A stretch of DNA of 61,722 bases, the filler included. It is 5 parts of 5 records of this genome, joined end to end, with 100 filler letters (N's around TTAATTAATTAA, not from the genome) between each part and the next. Parts side by side here need not be neighbours in the genome. Positions count along the whole stretch, not along the records: positions 10,734 to 35,993 come from SRR2962707_1627; positions 36,094 to 44,545 come from SRR2962707_1628; 3 more parts are not named here. One strand, written 5' to 3'. Positions 29,340 to 37,760 of the stretch are shown here, piece by piece. A program made the position numbers and the translations under genes. Below the pieces are notes generated by a model that made no database searches, was not told the DNA's origin, and saw nothing but the letters and a program-made list of their open reading frames with translations. Within the stretch, counting starts at the first letter, position 1, and every line of letters begins with the position of its first letter.

Positions 29340-30200
29340 TCAGGTGACGTGAACCGCCACCGACATTTCTTCAAACGCCTCCGGCCTCCCGGTGAAGTTG
29401 CCCGAGACCGGCATAATCTGCTCGATGTTCCGCGCCACTGCGACGGGGATCAGGTTCTTTCCACCCACGATGCGATTGGTCGGATCGAAAGTGATCCAGC
29501 CCGCGCCCGGTACATAGATTTCCGTCCACGCATGGGTCGACCCCTCGCCTGCGGACCCGGTCATGTTCTGAGCGGGATCGTAGAGATAGCCGGAAACGAC
29601 GCGCGCGCCGAATCCAAGTAACCGTGCCGTCTCCGCAAGCAGCACAGCGAAGTCGCGACACGAGCCGTATCCGCGTTCCAGCGTCCTGACGGGTGATTGC
29701 GTGCCCTCGTCATCGCGCACTTCGTATTGAACAAAGAGCAGCACGCCCGCGCTCAGGTCCTTCAGCAGCGAAAGCGTATCCGTCGGGTTGCTGCGCACGA
29801 AGGAGCGCGCCCAGGTCTCAAGCCGCCGGTCGGGGTCTGGATATTGCCGCACCGTCAGCGAACCGAGATCGGCCCAATCGTCGTCCGAGTAAAGAAACGG
29901 ATAGGATATGGCCGACGCTGCAACCGGGAACACCGGCCACGGTTCCGCTTCAAGGCGCAGTTTCACGAAACTGTCGATGGTGAGTGCGTCCGTTGGCGCC
30001 GGAAATGTCGCGGTCGCGACCGCATTGCCGAACACATCGCCAGACCAGACCACATTCGCCTCAGGCTCGATCTTGAGCTCAACCGAGATCAGCCTGAGGT
30101 CGCGCGTCTCCCGAGGCCGCAGCATCAGGCGATGCGGTCCGAGCGTCACCGGTTCGCGGTAGCGATAGCTTGTCCGATGGTGGATGGTGAGCGTGGGCAA
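29340..30200 (-). CDS. transglutaminase-like family protein
   Basis: N-terminal H.T.Y.Y domain; GSCRDFA, HAW, FDPTN catalytic triad motifs. Confidence 0.9.
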   Translation of the reverse strand: MPTLTIHHRTSYRYREPVTLGPHRLMLRPRETRDLRLISVELKIEPEANVVWSGDVFGNAVATATFPAPTDALTIDSFVKLRLEAEPWPVFPVAASAISYPFLYSDDDWADLGSLTVRQYPDPDRRLETWARSFVRSNPTDTLSLLKDLSAGVLLFVQYEVRDDEGTQSPVRTLERGYGSCRDFAVLLAETARLLGFGARVVSGYLYDPAQNMTGSAGEGSTHAWTEIYVPGAGWITFDPTNRIVGGKNLIPVAVARNIEQIMPVSGNFTGRPEAFEEMSVAVHVT

Positions 30201-30272
30201 CTAAATCTCCGTTGGGTGAGAGATAGGACAACGCCCTTGGCTTACGCCCGTTCCCCTCCCGCAGCGCGACAT

Positions 30273-30902
30273 CTAGTCCTTGTCGCCCGGCTCGACTCGG
30301 AACGTCGGGATCGACCAGTTGTAGAAAATTGCCGGCAACCTTATCGACAGCACCGCAACAATCGAAAGCCAGAGGCCGACGCCCGGCATCGCGCCAAACC
30401 TTTCGGCGAGAACGAACAGCGACGCGCCGCAAAGCGCCGCAAGCGCATAGACCTCTTTCCTGAGAATGATCGGCGTCCGGTTGGCCAGCACATCGCGGAT
30501 GATGCCGCCAACGATCCCCGTGACCACGCCCATGATCACCGCCACGAAATCCGAGGTCCCCATTTCGAGGGCCTTTCTGGTTCCAAGCGCGACGAAGACC
30601 GCGAGCCCGACGGCATCGGCAATGGCAACCGGTCGGCGCACGCGGGCCGCCCAGCCCGCAAGCGGAATGGTGGCAAGCGCGCAGGCCGCCGCCATGAGGA
30701 CATACCAGGAGGCCGATATCCAGAACACCGGCACATCGAGCAGCACATCGCGCACCGTACCCCCGCCCACGGCCACGATAATGCCGAGCACCATCACACC
30801 GAACCAGTCCATCTGCCGTTCACCCGCCACAAGCGCGCCCGACACCGCGAAGGCGGCAATCCCGACAAGCTGAAGCACAATGAGAAGATCGAAAATATCC
30901 AT
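30273..30902 (-). CDS. UPF0126 / TRIC-family membrane protein (putative glycine transporter)
   Basis: FAVSGA, GGGTVRDVLL and repeated GGIIRDVL halves. Start MDIF at 30902. Confidence 0.88.
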   Translation of the reverse strand: MDIFDLLIVLQLVGIAAFAVSGALVAGERQMDWFGVMVLGIIVAVGGGTVRDVLLDVPVFWISASWYVLMAAACALATIPLAGWAARVRRPVAIADAVGLAVFVALGTRKALEMGTSDFVAVIMGVVTGIVGGIIRDVLANRTPIILRKEVYALAALCGASLFVLAERFGAMPGVGLWLSIVAVLSIRLPAIFYNWSIPTFRVEPGDKD

Positions 30903-31148
30903 GATGGCGACGCCATGCCTCCCGCCGGGCCGAAGCCGCGCGACGAAGGACGTTCGAGGGAAACGAAAATTGCGGAAAGGGCGGGATTCCACTCCGCGGA
31001 GTAGCCTCGCACTGGAAAACGGCAAACAACTCCTCAGTGCGCATTGTGCCTTCTTCCCACCCGCCTTGCCAGCCGGTATAGCCCAAACGCTAATGGGCAT
31101 GGTCGTTCTGCGCGGCACGGTGATCCAGTGCAGGTGAGAAAGCGGCAG

Positions 31149-31691
31149 CTAAGCGTTGGGAGCAGGATAAACCACCTTTCCCTGCGCTGTTTTCCGCGCT
31201 CCGGGCGTGGGCGTAGCTGGGGTGACGCGACCGGGCGCCATCAGGTGATCGACAGCATGTCCGGTCAGCAGCAGGTAGTCCGTAATGATACGGCGATGAC
31301 ATCGCCACCAGACGGCTTCAGAGCACATCAAAGCCACACGCTGGTCACGTCCCAGACGAAGCAGGCCTCCAAACCCTTCGGCGAATTCATCACCCAGCGC
31401 GTAGTCGGCATAGTTGTGAAAACTTCGCACCCGCCACATGGCGTTAGTCGTCTCATCGACGCCGGACTGTTTCGACCGCCGCCCACCCAATGAGAGGCAA
31501 TGACGATAGCCAATCTGGAAATCTGCAAGATCGTTCGGCAAGCTGTCGATGTTGAAAGCAGGATTGGTGCGGGATCGCGGGAAGGACCGGACATCGACCA
31601 GCACTTTGACATGCGCTTGGCGCAGCATCTCAATGAAGTCATCAAGGCTGCGGTTGGAATGTCCGATGGTGGTGAACTGCGCGACCGTCAC
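31149..31691 (-). CDS. DUF488 domain protein
   Basis: TIGHSNR, DVRSFP, LGGRR, MCSEAVWWRCHR. Confidence 0.88.
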   Translation of the reverse strand: MTVAQFTTIGHSNRSLDDFIEMLRQAHVKVLVDVRSFPRSRTNPAFNIDSLPNDLADFQIGYRHCLSLGGRRSKQSGVDETTNAMWRVRSFHNYADYALGDEFAEGFGGLLRLGRDQRVALMCSEAVWWRCHRRIITDYLLLTGHAVDHLMAPGRVTPATPTPGARKTAQGKVVYPAPNA

Positions 31692-31897
31692 TTGATCTTC
31701 GTCAGCGCCCCTTCCTTGTGCGCGGCGATGTGATCTGTCTTGTCACTTTTGATTTCATATTGGGGATCGTCTTTTGTCGCGCGATGGGTGTGCCCCTTAT
31801 ATTCAAAATCGGCATGATGAACCTTGACGATCTTGCCGCTAACCCGGCCAGCTTCCGAGTTCCAGCTCACGTGATCACCAATGGAAAATTTGCTCAT
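31688..31897 (-). CDS. DUF2945/HVA1-like small protein
   Basis: GDHVSWNS...PQYEIKSDKTDHIAAHK..AL. Confidence 0.8.
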   Translation of the reverse strand: MSKFSIGDHVSWNSEAGRVSGKIVKVHHADFEYKGHTHRATKDDPQYEIKSDKTDHIAAHKEGALTKIK

Positions 31898-32136
31898 ATC
31901 GTCCTCCATTGGCCGGAAAACGTTTCATGGACAGCATTGTTCCTCCCGCCAACACGCACCGTGTCAGCGCGCGCCAAAGAGGAGGGCGCGGTCGATCTGT
32001 TACCCGCCCACAGGAGTTGATTGAAATCGAGAAGCGAATTCGAGCGCGCGCCCGACCGCACTGAGACAGCGGAAGTTCGACCTCTGTTCCTTCTCCGGCC
32101 AGAACCGGATCGGAAAAATACTTTGGTGAGGGCAAG

Positions 32137-32229
32137 TGGCGGAGAGGATGGGATTCGAACCCACGGTACAGCTTTACACTGTACAACGGTTTAGCAAACC
32201 GCCGCCTTCAGCCACTCGGCCACCTCTCC
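32137..32229 (-). tRNA. tRNA-Ser(GCT)
   Basis: Minus strand GGAGAGGTGGCCGAGTGGCTGAAGGCGGCGGTTTGCTAAACCGT...GGTTCGAATCCCATCCTCTCCGCCA, with long variable arm, anticodon GCT and encoded CCA. Confidence 0.97.
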
Positions 32230-32316
32230 GGCTTTCCCGTGTATGCCCAAGATTGAAGAGCGCATCAAGGCCAATATCCGCCGGGTTACCCTGAATCCCC
32301 CCGGGAGGCCGTCTCC

Positions 32317-33210
32317 TCAGCCCTTTGGGCCCCCGCGGTAGCGGATCAGCCCCTCCTGCGCGACCGAAGCGACCAGTTTCCCGTCCCTCGTATAGATGCT
32401 GCCCCGGTTCAGCCCCCGAGCGCCCGAGGCACTGGGACTGTCCTGCGCATAGAGCAGCCATTCGTCGGAACGGAACGGCGCATGGAACCACATCGCATGA
32501 TCAAGGCTCGCCGATTGAAGCTTGCCCGAAACCCAGCTTACGCCGTGCGGGCGGATGCAGGTGTCGAGCAGCGTCATGTCGGAGGCATAGGCGAGGATGC
32601 ACTGATGCAGCGCAATGTCGTCGCTCACGCTCTTGCGCGCCTTGAACCAGACATGCTGCAACGGCGCCATCGGCTCGGGATCGATATAGTCCTGCGGATT
32701 GACCGGGCGAATTTCGATGGGCCGCGGCCGCGAGAAATGCTTCGCGATTTCCGGCGGCAGCTTCTCGGCAATGGCCTTGCGGTGTTCGCGCTCGCTCGGC
32801 AGGTCTTCGGGCTGCGGCACGTCCGGCATCTCCGCCTGATGCTCGAAGCCGGTTTCCGGCACCTGAAATGACGCCGCCAGGTTGAATATCTGTTTGCCGT
32901 GCTGAATGGCGACCACGCGCCGCGTCGTGAAGCTCTTGCCGTCGCGCGAGCGGTCGACCTCATAGACGATGGGCACCTTCGGGTCGCCCGGCCGGATGAA
33001 ATAGGCATGCAGCGAATGGCAGACCCGCTCTTCCACAGTCCGGTACGCCGCCACCAGCGCCTGCCCGATCACCTGCCCCCCGAACACGCGCTGCCAGCTC
33101 ACATCCGGGCTATGCCCGCGAAACAGGTTTTCCTCGATCCGCTCCAGGTCCAGCAGATCGATCAGGTCTTCAACGGATTTTTTGTCGGCTTGGGGCGACG
33201 GCTCGGTCAT
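32317..33210 (-). CDS. tesB: acyl-CoA thioesterase II
   Basis: VFGGQVIGQAL, HSLHAYF, LAYASD, SLDHAMWFH, QEGLIR. Confidence 0.95.
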   Translation of the reverse strand: MTEPSPQADKKSVEDLIDLLDLERIEENLFRGHSPDVSWQRVFGGQVIGQALVAAYRTVEERVCHSLHAYFIRPGDPKVPIVYEVDRSRDGKSFTTRRVVAIQHGKQIFNLAASFQVPETGFEHQAEMPDVPQPEDLPSEREHRKAIAEKLPPEIAKHFSRPRPIEIRPVNPQDYIDPEPMAPLQHVWFKARKSVSDDIALHQCILAYASDMTLLDTCIRPHGVSWVSGKLQSASLDHAMWFHAPFRSDEWLLYAQDSPSASGARGLNRGSIYTRDGKLVASVAQEGLIRYRGGPKG

Positions 33211-33439
33211 GGCCACTCCTGGCAGAAGGACGCAGGGGGACGAAGGCATTTTCCGTCGGGTCAGCTACGGAAAACAGGTCTTCGCAGGGTGGCGGGACCA
33301 TAGAGCATTTTACGCCGAAGTCGACGCCGCTCAATGCGCTCATCGGTCAGAAAAAAGGCAGGGAGACAGGCAGAAAACCGCTCGCAACACCCCGGAAAAC
33401 CTGCCCGGAGTGCGCGAAATGTTTTGGCTCTTTAAGGGC

Positions 33440-33709
33440 TTACTGGTGAGCCAGCCACTCGCGGGCCTGCCGCTGCGCTTCGGCGATCTCGGCAGCCGAC
33501 ATCTCCACCGCAAGCTCCGCCCGGCAGCTCCGCGCCGCATCGCTGCCCTTCATCGCCGCAAGGTTGAACCACTTGTGCGCGGTCACGAGATCGACGTCGA
33601 CGCCCCGTCCCGTCGAATACATCAGGCCCAGGTTGTAAAGCGCGTCGCACTTTCCGCCCTCGGCTGCCAGTTCGCTCTTTTCGAACGTCTCGAGCTGCAT
33701 GCGAGCCAT
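33440..33709 (-). CDS. small Sel1-repeat protein
   Basis: LYNLGLMYSTGRGV..DLVTAHKWFNLAA; 89 aa. Confidence 0.85.
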   Translation of the reverse strand: MARMQLETFEKSELAAEGGKCDALYNLGLMYSTGRGVDVDLVTAHKWFNLAAMKGSDAARSCRAELAVEMSAAEIAEAQRQAREWLAHQ

Positions 33710-33803
33710 GTGCTCTACTCCTCAGATAGCGGCTTTCGCCCGTTATTGCCGTATCGACGGAGCATCTATCTCCGTCCCCGCATGCAAATTTCTATGACCG
33801 CCC

Positions 33804-33819
33804 TGAAAAAATGGTTAAC
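33804..33819. promoter_or_regulatory. possible CtrA site
   Basis: TGAA-N7-TTAAC, one mismatch to TTAA-N7-TTAAC, upstream of the Sel1 gene. Confidence 0.4.
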
Positions 33820-33882
33820 GGCGGTATCACCATGTTGGGCATGGTGAACCACCGTTAAAGAAATACCGTCTGGTGTTGCCCG

Positions 33883-34515
33883 TCAGACCCGCGGCACAGC
33901 CATGCCACGCTCGACCGCGGGGCGCTTGCCGACCGCTTCGAGCCAGCGTTTCACATTCGCGCCCTCGCCCACGATCTCCGGCTTGCCCTGCGCGATCAGG
34001 TCGAACGCGACATTGAGCCATGGATAGGTCGCCATATCGGCGATGGAATAGTCGCCGCCCATATAGTCCGCCTCACCGAGCCGCGTATCGAGCACCTTGA
34101 TGAGCCGCGCCGCTTCCGAGATGTAGCGGTCGATGGCGTAGGGAATCTTTTCCGGCGCCGTGTTGATGAAATGGTTCGCCTGCCCGAGCATCGGCCCGAC
34201 GCCACCCATCTGCCACATCAGCCATTCAAGCGTCTTGGCGCGCTGCTCGCCTTTCGGCGCAAGGAACTTGCCGGTCTTTTCGGCGAGATAAATCAGGATC
34301 GCGCCAGACTCGAAAACCGAAACCGGTCCGCTGTCGGCGTCGCGGTCGACGATGGCGGGGATTCGGTTGTTGGGACTGATCTTGAGAAATGCCGGCGCGA
34401 ACTGCTCGTCCTTGCCGATGTTCACGGGATGCACTTCATAGGGAAGCCCCGTCTCTTCCAGCATGATCGAGACCTTGCGGCCGTTCGGCGTCGCCCATGT
34501 ATGGAGATCGATCAT
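33883..34515 (-). CDS. glutathione S-transferase, Nu class (YfcG-like)
   Basis: TPNG.KV, SPNNRIPAI, FESGAIL, WLMWQMGG.GPM.GQ. Confidence 0.9.
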   Translation of the reverse strand: MIDLHTWATPNGRKVSIMLEETGLPYEVHPVNIGKDEQFAPAFLKISPNNRIPAIVDRDADSGPVSVFESGAILIYLAEKTGKFLAPKGEQRAKTLEWLMWQMGGVGPMLGQANHFINTAPEKIPYAIDRYISEAARLIKVLDTRLGEADYMGGDYSIADMATYPWLNVAFDLIAQGKPEIVGEGANVKRWLEAVGKRPAVERGMAVPRV

Positions 34516-34644
34516 CGCAATTCGCCTTTCGCAGTTGCGAGAACCAATTGACTGTCACCACCTCCCGCGTGTTTCCGGTCGAGGGCATATAGGAAGAGAA
34601 AGCGCACCCGGCCAGCCCGGAGCAGCTTCGCGCGGTGAACCCGC

Positions 34645-34998
34645 TCAGTATTCGACGGTCACTTCGACGTGATGGTGCCGATGCTGCGCGCAGACATAAG
34701 GCCGCAAACTGTATTCGCCTGGCGCAAGCTCGGTGCCGACCGCCTGTTGCGGCAACAGGAAATCGCCCACGGTGTCGCCTTCCGCATTGACGATTGAAAA
34801 GCCGTAAGTGCCATCCATCACGCGCACCACCTTGCCGCCTTGCGGCAGGTTGAGCGAGCGGCCCCATTGCGATTGCGTGCCGTATTTGTCCTTCATGATC
34901 AGGCTTCCCGTCGCCGTCACGGTTTCGGCAGCGGCCGGAACCGCGGCAATGAAGCCTGCAAGAGCGATGGCGGCAATCGTCGTCGGCAGCAAGCGCAT
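34645..34998 (-). CDS. hypothetical secreted protein with His-rich C-terminus
   Basis: Sec signal (…AVPAAA-E), GGGAGG RBS, C-terminal CAQHRHHHVE. Confidence 0.65.
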   Translation of the reverse strand: MRLLPTTIAAIALAGFIAAVPAAAETVTATGSLIMKDKYGTQSQWGRSLNLPQGGKVVRVMDGTYGFSIVNAEGDTVGDFLLPQQAVGTELAPGEYSLRPYVCAQHRHHHVEVTVEY

Positions 34999-35101
34999 GG
35001 GACGAACCTCCCCGGACGGAACAAAGGCAAACAGCGCCCCCGGTTTCCCGGAGACGCTGTGAGCTTAACATAAGAGCACGAGCCGTTAAGCCCCGCTCCG
35101 T

Positions 35102-35896
35102 CTATTGTGCGCGCTGTCCGAAAAGGATCTTGCGAGCCTTCTCGGCTTCTTTGGTCTTGTCACCGATGGTGCCCCGTCGCCATTCGCGACCGAGGGCAAA
35201 TCCCTTCTGTACTGCCGGGCGGGCGCCGGCCCGCTCGAACCAGTCTTTCAGGAATGGGAAATCGTCAAGCCGCTGACCCTGGTTCTTGTAGGGTACGATC
35301 CAGCCCCAGCAGGCCATATCGGCGATCGAGTAGCGTCCGGCGAGATAGTTCCGGTCCTTGAGGCGCTTGTTCATCACACCGTAGAGCCGGTTCACCTCGT
35401 CGGTATACCGCTTGATCGCATAGGGTAGTTTCTCCTGGGCGTACTGGCGGAAGTGATGGGCTTGGCCCGCCATGGGGCCAAGCCCAGCCATCTGCCAGAA
35501 CAGCCATTGGTCGACCTCAACTCTCGAGCGTTCGCTTGCGGGATAGAACTTCCCCGTTTTGCGTCCGAGATATTGAAGAATAGCCCCCGACTCGAAGATC
35601 GAGACCGGTTTCCCCCCTGGACCTTTCGGATCCACGATGGCTGGCATCCTGTTGTTCGGCGACACCTTGAGAAAGGATCGCTTGAACTGATCGCCAATCC
35701 CGATATTCACCGGCTTCACCGCGTAAGGCAGCAGACACTCCTCCAGCATGATCGAGACTTTCCAGCCGTTAGGTGTCGGCCAGTAATAAAGATCGATCGG
35801 CTTGGCGTTGTCCCGCGATACCTCCGCGGGACGCTGCCGTGCTGAAGAACGTTTCGCCGCCGCCTTCGCGGGTTTTGGCCGGCGTTTATCGTTCAT
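35102..35896 (-). CDS. glutathione S-transferase, Nu class (YfcG/YghU-like)
   Basis: WPTPNGWKV, SPNNRMPAI, FESGAIL, GLGPMAGQAHHF; basic N-terminal extension. Confidence 0.9.
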   Translation of the reverse strand: MNDKRRPKPAKAAAKRSSARQRPAEVSRDNAKPIDLYYWPTPNGWKVSIMLEECLLPYAVKPVNIGIGDQFKRSFLKVSPNNRMPAIVDPKGPGGKPVSIFESGAILQYLGRKTGKFYPASERSRVEVDQWLFWQMAGLGPMAGQAHHFRQYAQEKLPYAIKRYTDEVNRLYGVMNKRLKDRNYLAGRYSIADMACWGWIVPYKNQGQRLDDFPFLKDWFERAGARPAVQKGFALGREWRRGTIGDKTKEAEKARKILFGQRAQ

Positions 35897-35905
35897 CTCG
35901 GCTGC

Positions 35906-35993
35906 TTAAGCCGCCTTCTTGCGCGCTGCGGGCTTACGCTTCGCAGCAGGCTTCTTCTTCGCGGCAGGCTTCCGCTTGGCGGGCGCCTTCTTG
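35906..35993 (-). CDS. C-terminal fragment of a protein with a Lys/Ala/Pro-rich tail (5'-partial)
   Basis: Minus strand reads KKAPAKRKPAAKKKPAAKRKPAARKKAA-stop; truncated by the contig end. Confidence 0.6.
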
Positions 35994-36093
35994 NNNNNNN
36001 NNNNNNNNNNNNNNNNNNNNNNNNNNNNNNNNNNNNNTTAATTAATTAANNNNNNNNNNNNNNNNNNNNNNNNNNNNNNNNNNNNNNNNNNNN
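35994..36093. other. artificial contig spacer
   Basis: N44-TTAATTAATTAA-N44. Confidence 0.98.
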
Positions 36094-36139
36094 CGGCGCC
36101 TGGGGCTGGGGCACAGCCTATGAGCAGAAGGGCGGTTGA
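36094..36139 (+). CDS. C-terminal end of formate dehydrogenase iron-sulfur (beta) subunit, 5'-partial
   Basis: GAWGWGTAYEQKGG-stop, as I recall for the end of alphaproteobacterial FDH beta subunits; directly upstream of the gamma subunit. Confidence 0.65.
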
Positions 36140-36163
36140 TCGGCATCGCTCGATCCCACTCGA

Positions 36164-36191
36164 ACCGGCAGGCGGATATCCGCCTGCCGGT
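36164..36191. repeat. perfect 28-bp palindrome between FDH beta and gamma genes
   Basis: ACCGGCAGGCGGAT|ATCCGCCTGCCGGT. Confidence 0.8.
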
Positions 36192-36227
36192 CTTTGCCAG
36201 TTTAGTCCGGACCCCGGGAGTTCACGC

Positions 36228-37385
36228 ATGACCAGTCTGACGATGCGCCGCACCTCTGTGCGGTATCTCATACCCGTGCTCATCTTCGCCATACTCGTTC
36301 TTCTCGGGCAATGGCTGCCGCTTCAGGCCCATGCCCAGAGTTCGGTCCGTCCACCTGAAAATGCGACGACAGCCATTGCGCCTGCTGGACCACCCATGCA
36401 GGGAGGTGTGCAGGGCACCCAGTCTGACGCCGAGATCTGGCATGACATTCGCCTGGGCGAGACGGGCAACGTGTCCATCCCCGACAAATCCGCGGGGCAG
36501 ATGATCCAGTCGCCGGGCGAGGACTGGCGGCTCTTCAGAAATGGCCCGATGAATGACTATCTGGGCTATGCAATGCTTGCCACGATCGTTCTGCTGGCAC
36601 TGTTCTTTGCTATTCGCGGCCGCATCAAGGTCGAGCACGGCATGTCAGGTATCCGGATCAAGCGCTTTTCCACTCTGGAGCGGATGAGCCACTGGCTGAT
36701 GGCACTGTCGTTCATCACGCTGGGAATCAGCGGGCTGAATTTCACGTTCGGCCGGTCAGTGCTGCTGCCGGTTATCGGCAAGGATCTGTTCGGGCCGATG
36801 TCCGGCTTCCTCAAGGCAACACATAATTACACCGCATTCGCCTTCATGGTCGGGTTGGTTCTCGCCTTCGTGCTCTGGATTGTTCACAACATTCCCGACC
36901 GTACCGATCTGAACTGGCTGGCAAAAGGCGGCGGATTGCTGAGCAAGTCGAGCCATCCGCCGGCGAAGAAATTCAACGCGGGCCAGAAGCTCATCTTCTG
37001 GGGCGTCATGCTGCTTGGGCTTTCGCTGTCCGTGTCAGGGTGGGCTTTGCTGTTTCCCTTCGAGCATCATCTGTTCGCGGATACTTTCGCGCTTCTCGGC
37101 AATATCGGCATTGATGTGCCTGCCATTCTGGGATTGCCGGAGCCACCCTACAGCGCCATTCAGGAGCAGCAGTTCAACAGCGCCTGGCATGGTATCATCG
37201 CGGTGGTGATGATTTGCCTGATCCTCGCCCATATCTATATCGGCTCGATCGGGATGCAGGGTGCCTATGATGCCATGGGCTCGGGCGAAGTTGATTTGAA
37301 CTGGGCCCGGGAACACCACTCCCTGTGGGTCGAAGAAGTCATGGCGAAGAAAACCGAGCGGACTGAACCCGCGCCGGCCGAGTGA
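36228..37385 (+). CDS. formate dehydrogenase gamma subunit (cytochrome b556)
   Basis: Signal-like N-terminus; RF...ER..HW, HNY, KFNAGQK, HIYIG, WAREHH heme-b motifs. Confidence 0.92.
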   Translation: MTSLTMRRTSVRYLIPVLIFAILVLLGQWLPLQAHAQSSVRPPENATTAIAPAGPPMQGGVQGTQSDAEIWHDIRLGETGNVSIPDKSAGQMIQSPGEDWRLFRNGPMNDYLGYAMLATIVLLALFFAIRGRIKVEHGMSGIRIKRFSTLERMSHWLMALSFITLGISGLNFTFGRSVLLPVIGKDLFGPMSGFLKATHNYTAFAFMVGLVLAFVLWIVHNIPDRTDLNWLAKGGGLLSKSSHPPAKKFNAGQKLIFWGVMLLGLSLSVSGWALLFPFEHHLFADTFALLGNIGIDVPAILGLPEPPYSAIQEQQFNSAWHGIIAVVMICLILAHIYIGSIGMQGAYDAMGSGEVDLNWAREHHSLWVEEVMAKKTERTEPAPAE

Positions 37386-37404
37386 TGGCGAGAAGGAACC
37401 GACC

Positions 37405-37533
37405 ATGAAAGCATTTCTTCTCAGCATCGCAGTTCTGCTGCTGATCGTCGCTGGTGCCAGGTTTGGCCTCAAGCCATTGTGGGAAACACCTTCGGCCCAG
37501 GCATATTCGACTGACAATGTGCGCCTGGACTGA
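37405..37533 (+). CDS. small membrane/secreted protein (42 aa)
   Basis: MKAFLLSIAVLLLIVAGARFGLKPLWETPSAQAYSTDNVRLD with AAGGA RBS; below the ORF-track cutoff. Confidence 0.65.
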   Translation: MKAFLLSIAVLLLIVAGARFGLKPLWETPSAQAYSTDNVRLD

Positions 37534-37560
37534 ACCAGGCCGGAAAATGAAAGTGACGAT

Positions 37561-37752
37561 ATGAGCGACGAAACCTTCAACCTTTCGATGCGGAAATTTC
37601 TCAAGCAGGTCGGCGTCACATCCCAGCAGCAGATCGAAGAACTGGTGCGCTCAGGCGCTGCGGGTACCGGACCTCTGAAGCTGAAGATGGTGCTGACCGC
37701 CGAAGGCACCGATATGCAACATGTCGTCACCGGCGAAGTCGACCTGCCCTGA
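37561..37752 (+). CDS. small conserved protein (DUF6494-like)
   Basis: FNLSMRKFLKQVGVTSQQQIE; in operon context. Confidence 0.7.
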   Translation: MSDETFNLSMRKFLKQVGVTSQQQIEELVRSGAAGTGPLKLKMVLTAEGTDMQHVVTGEVDLP

Positions 37753-37760
37753 CCACCAAC

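Noticed and set aside
30903-31148. Glycine riboswitch upstream of the UPF0126 gene
   Set aside because: The conserved GGAGA / CCGAAG / CTCAGG elements are not present in order on the minus strand.
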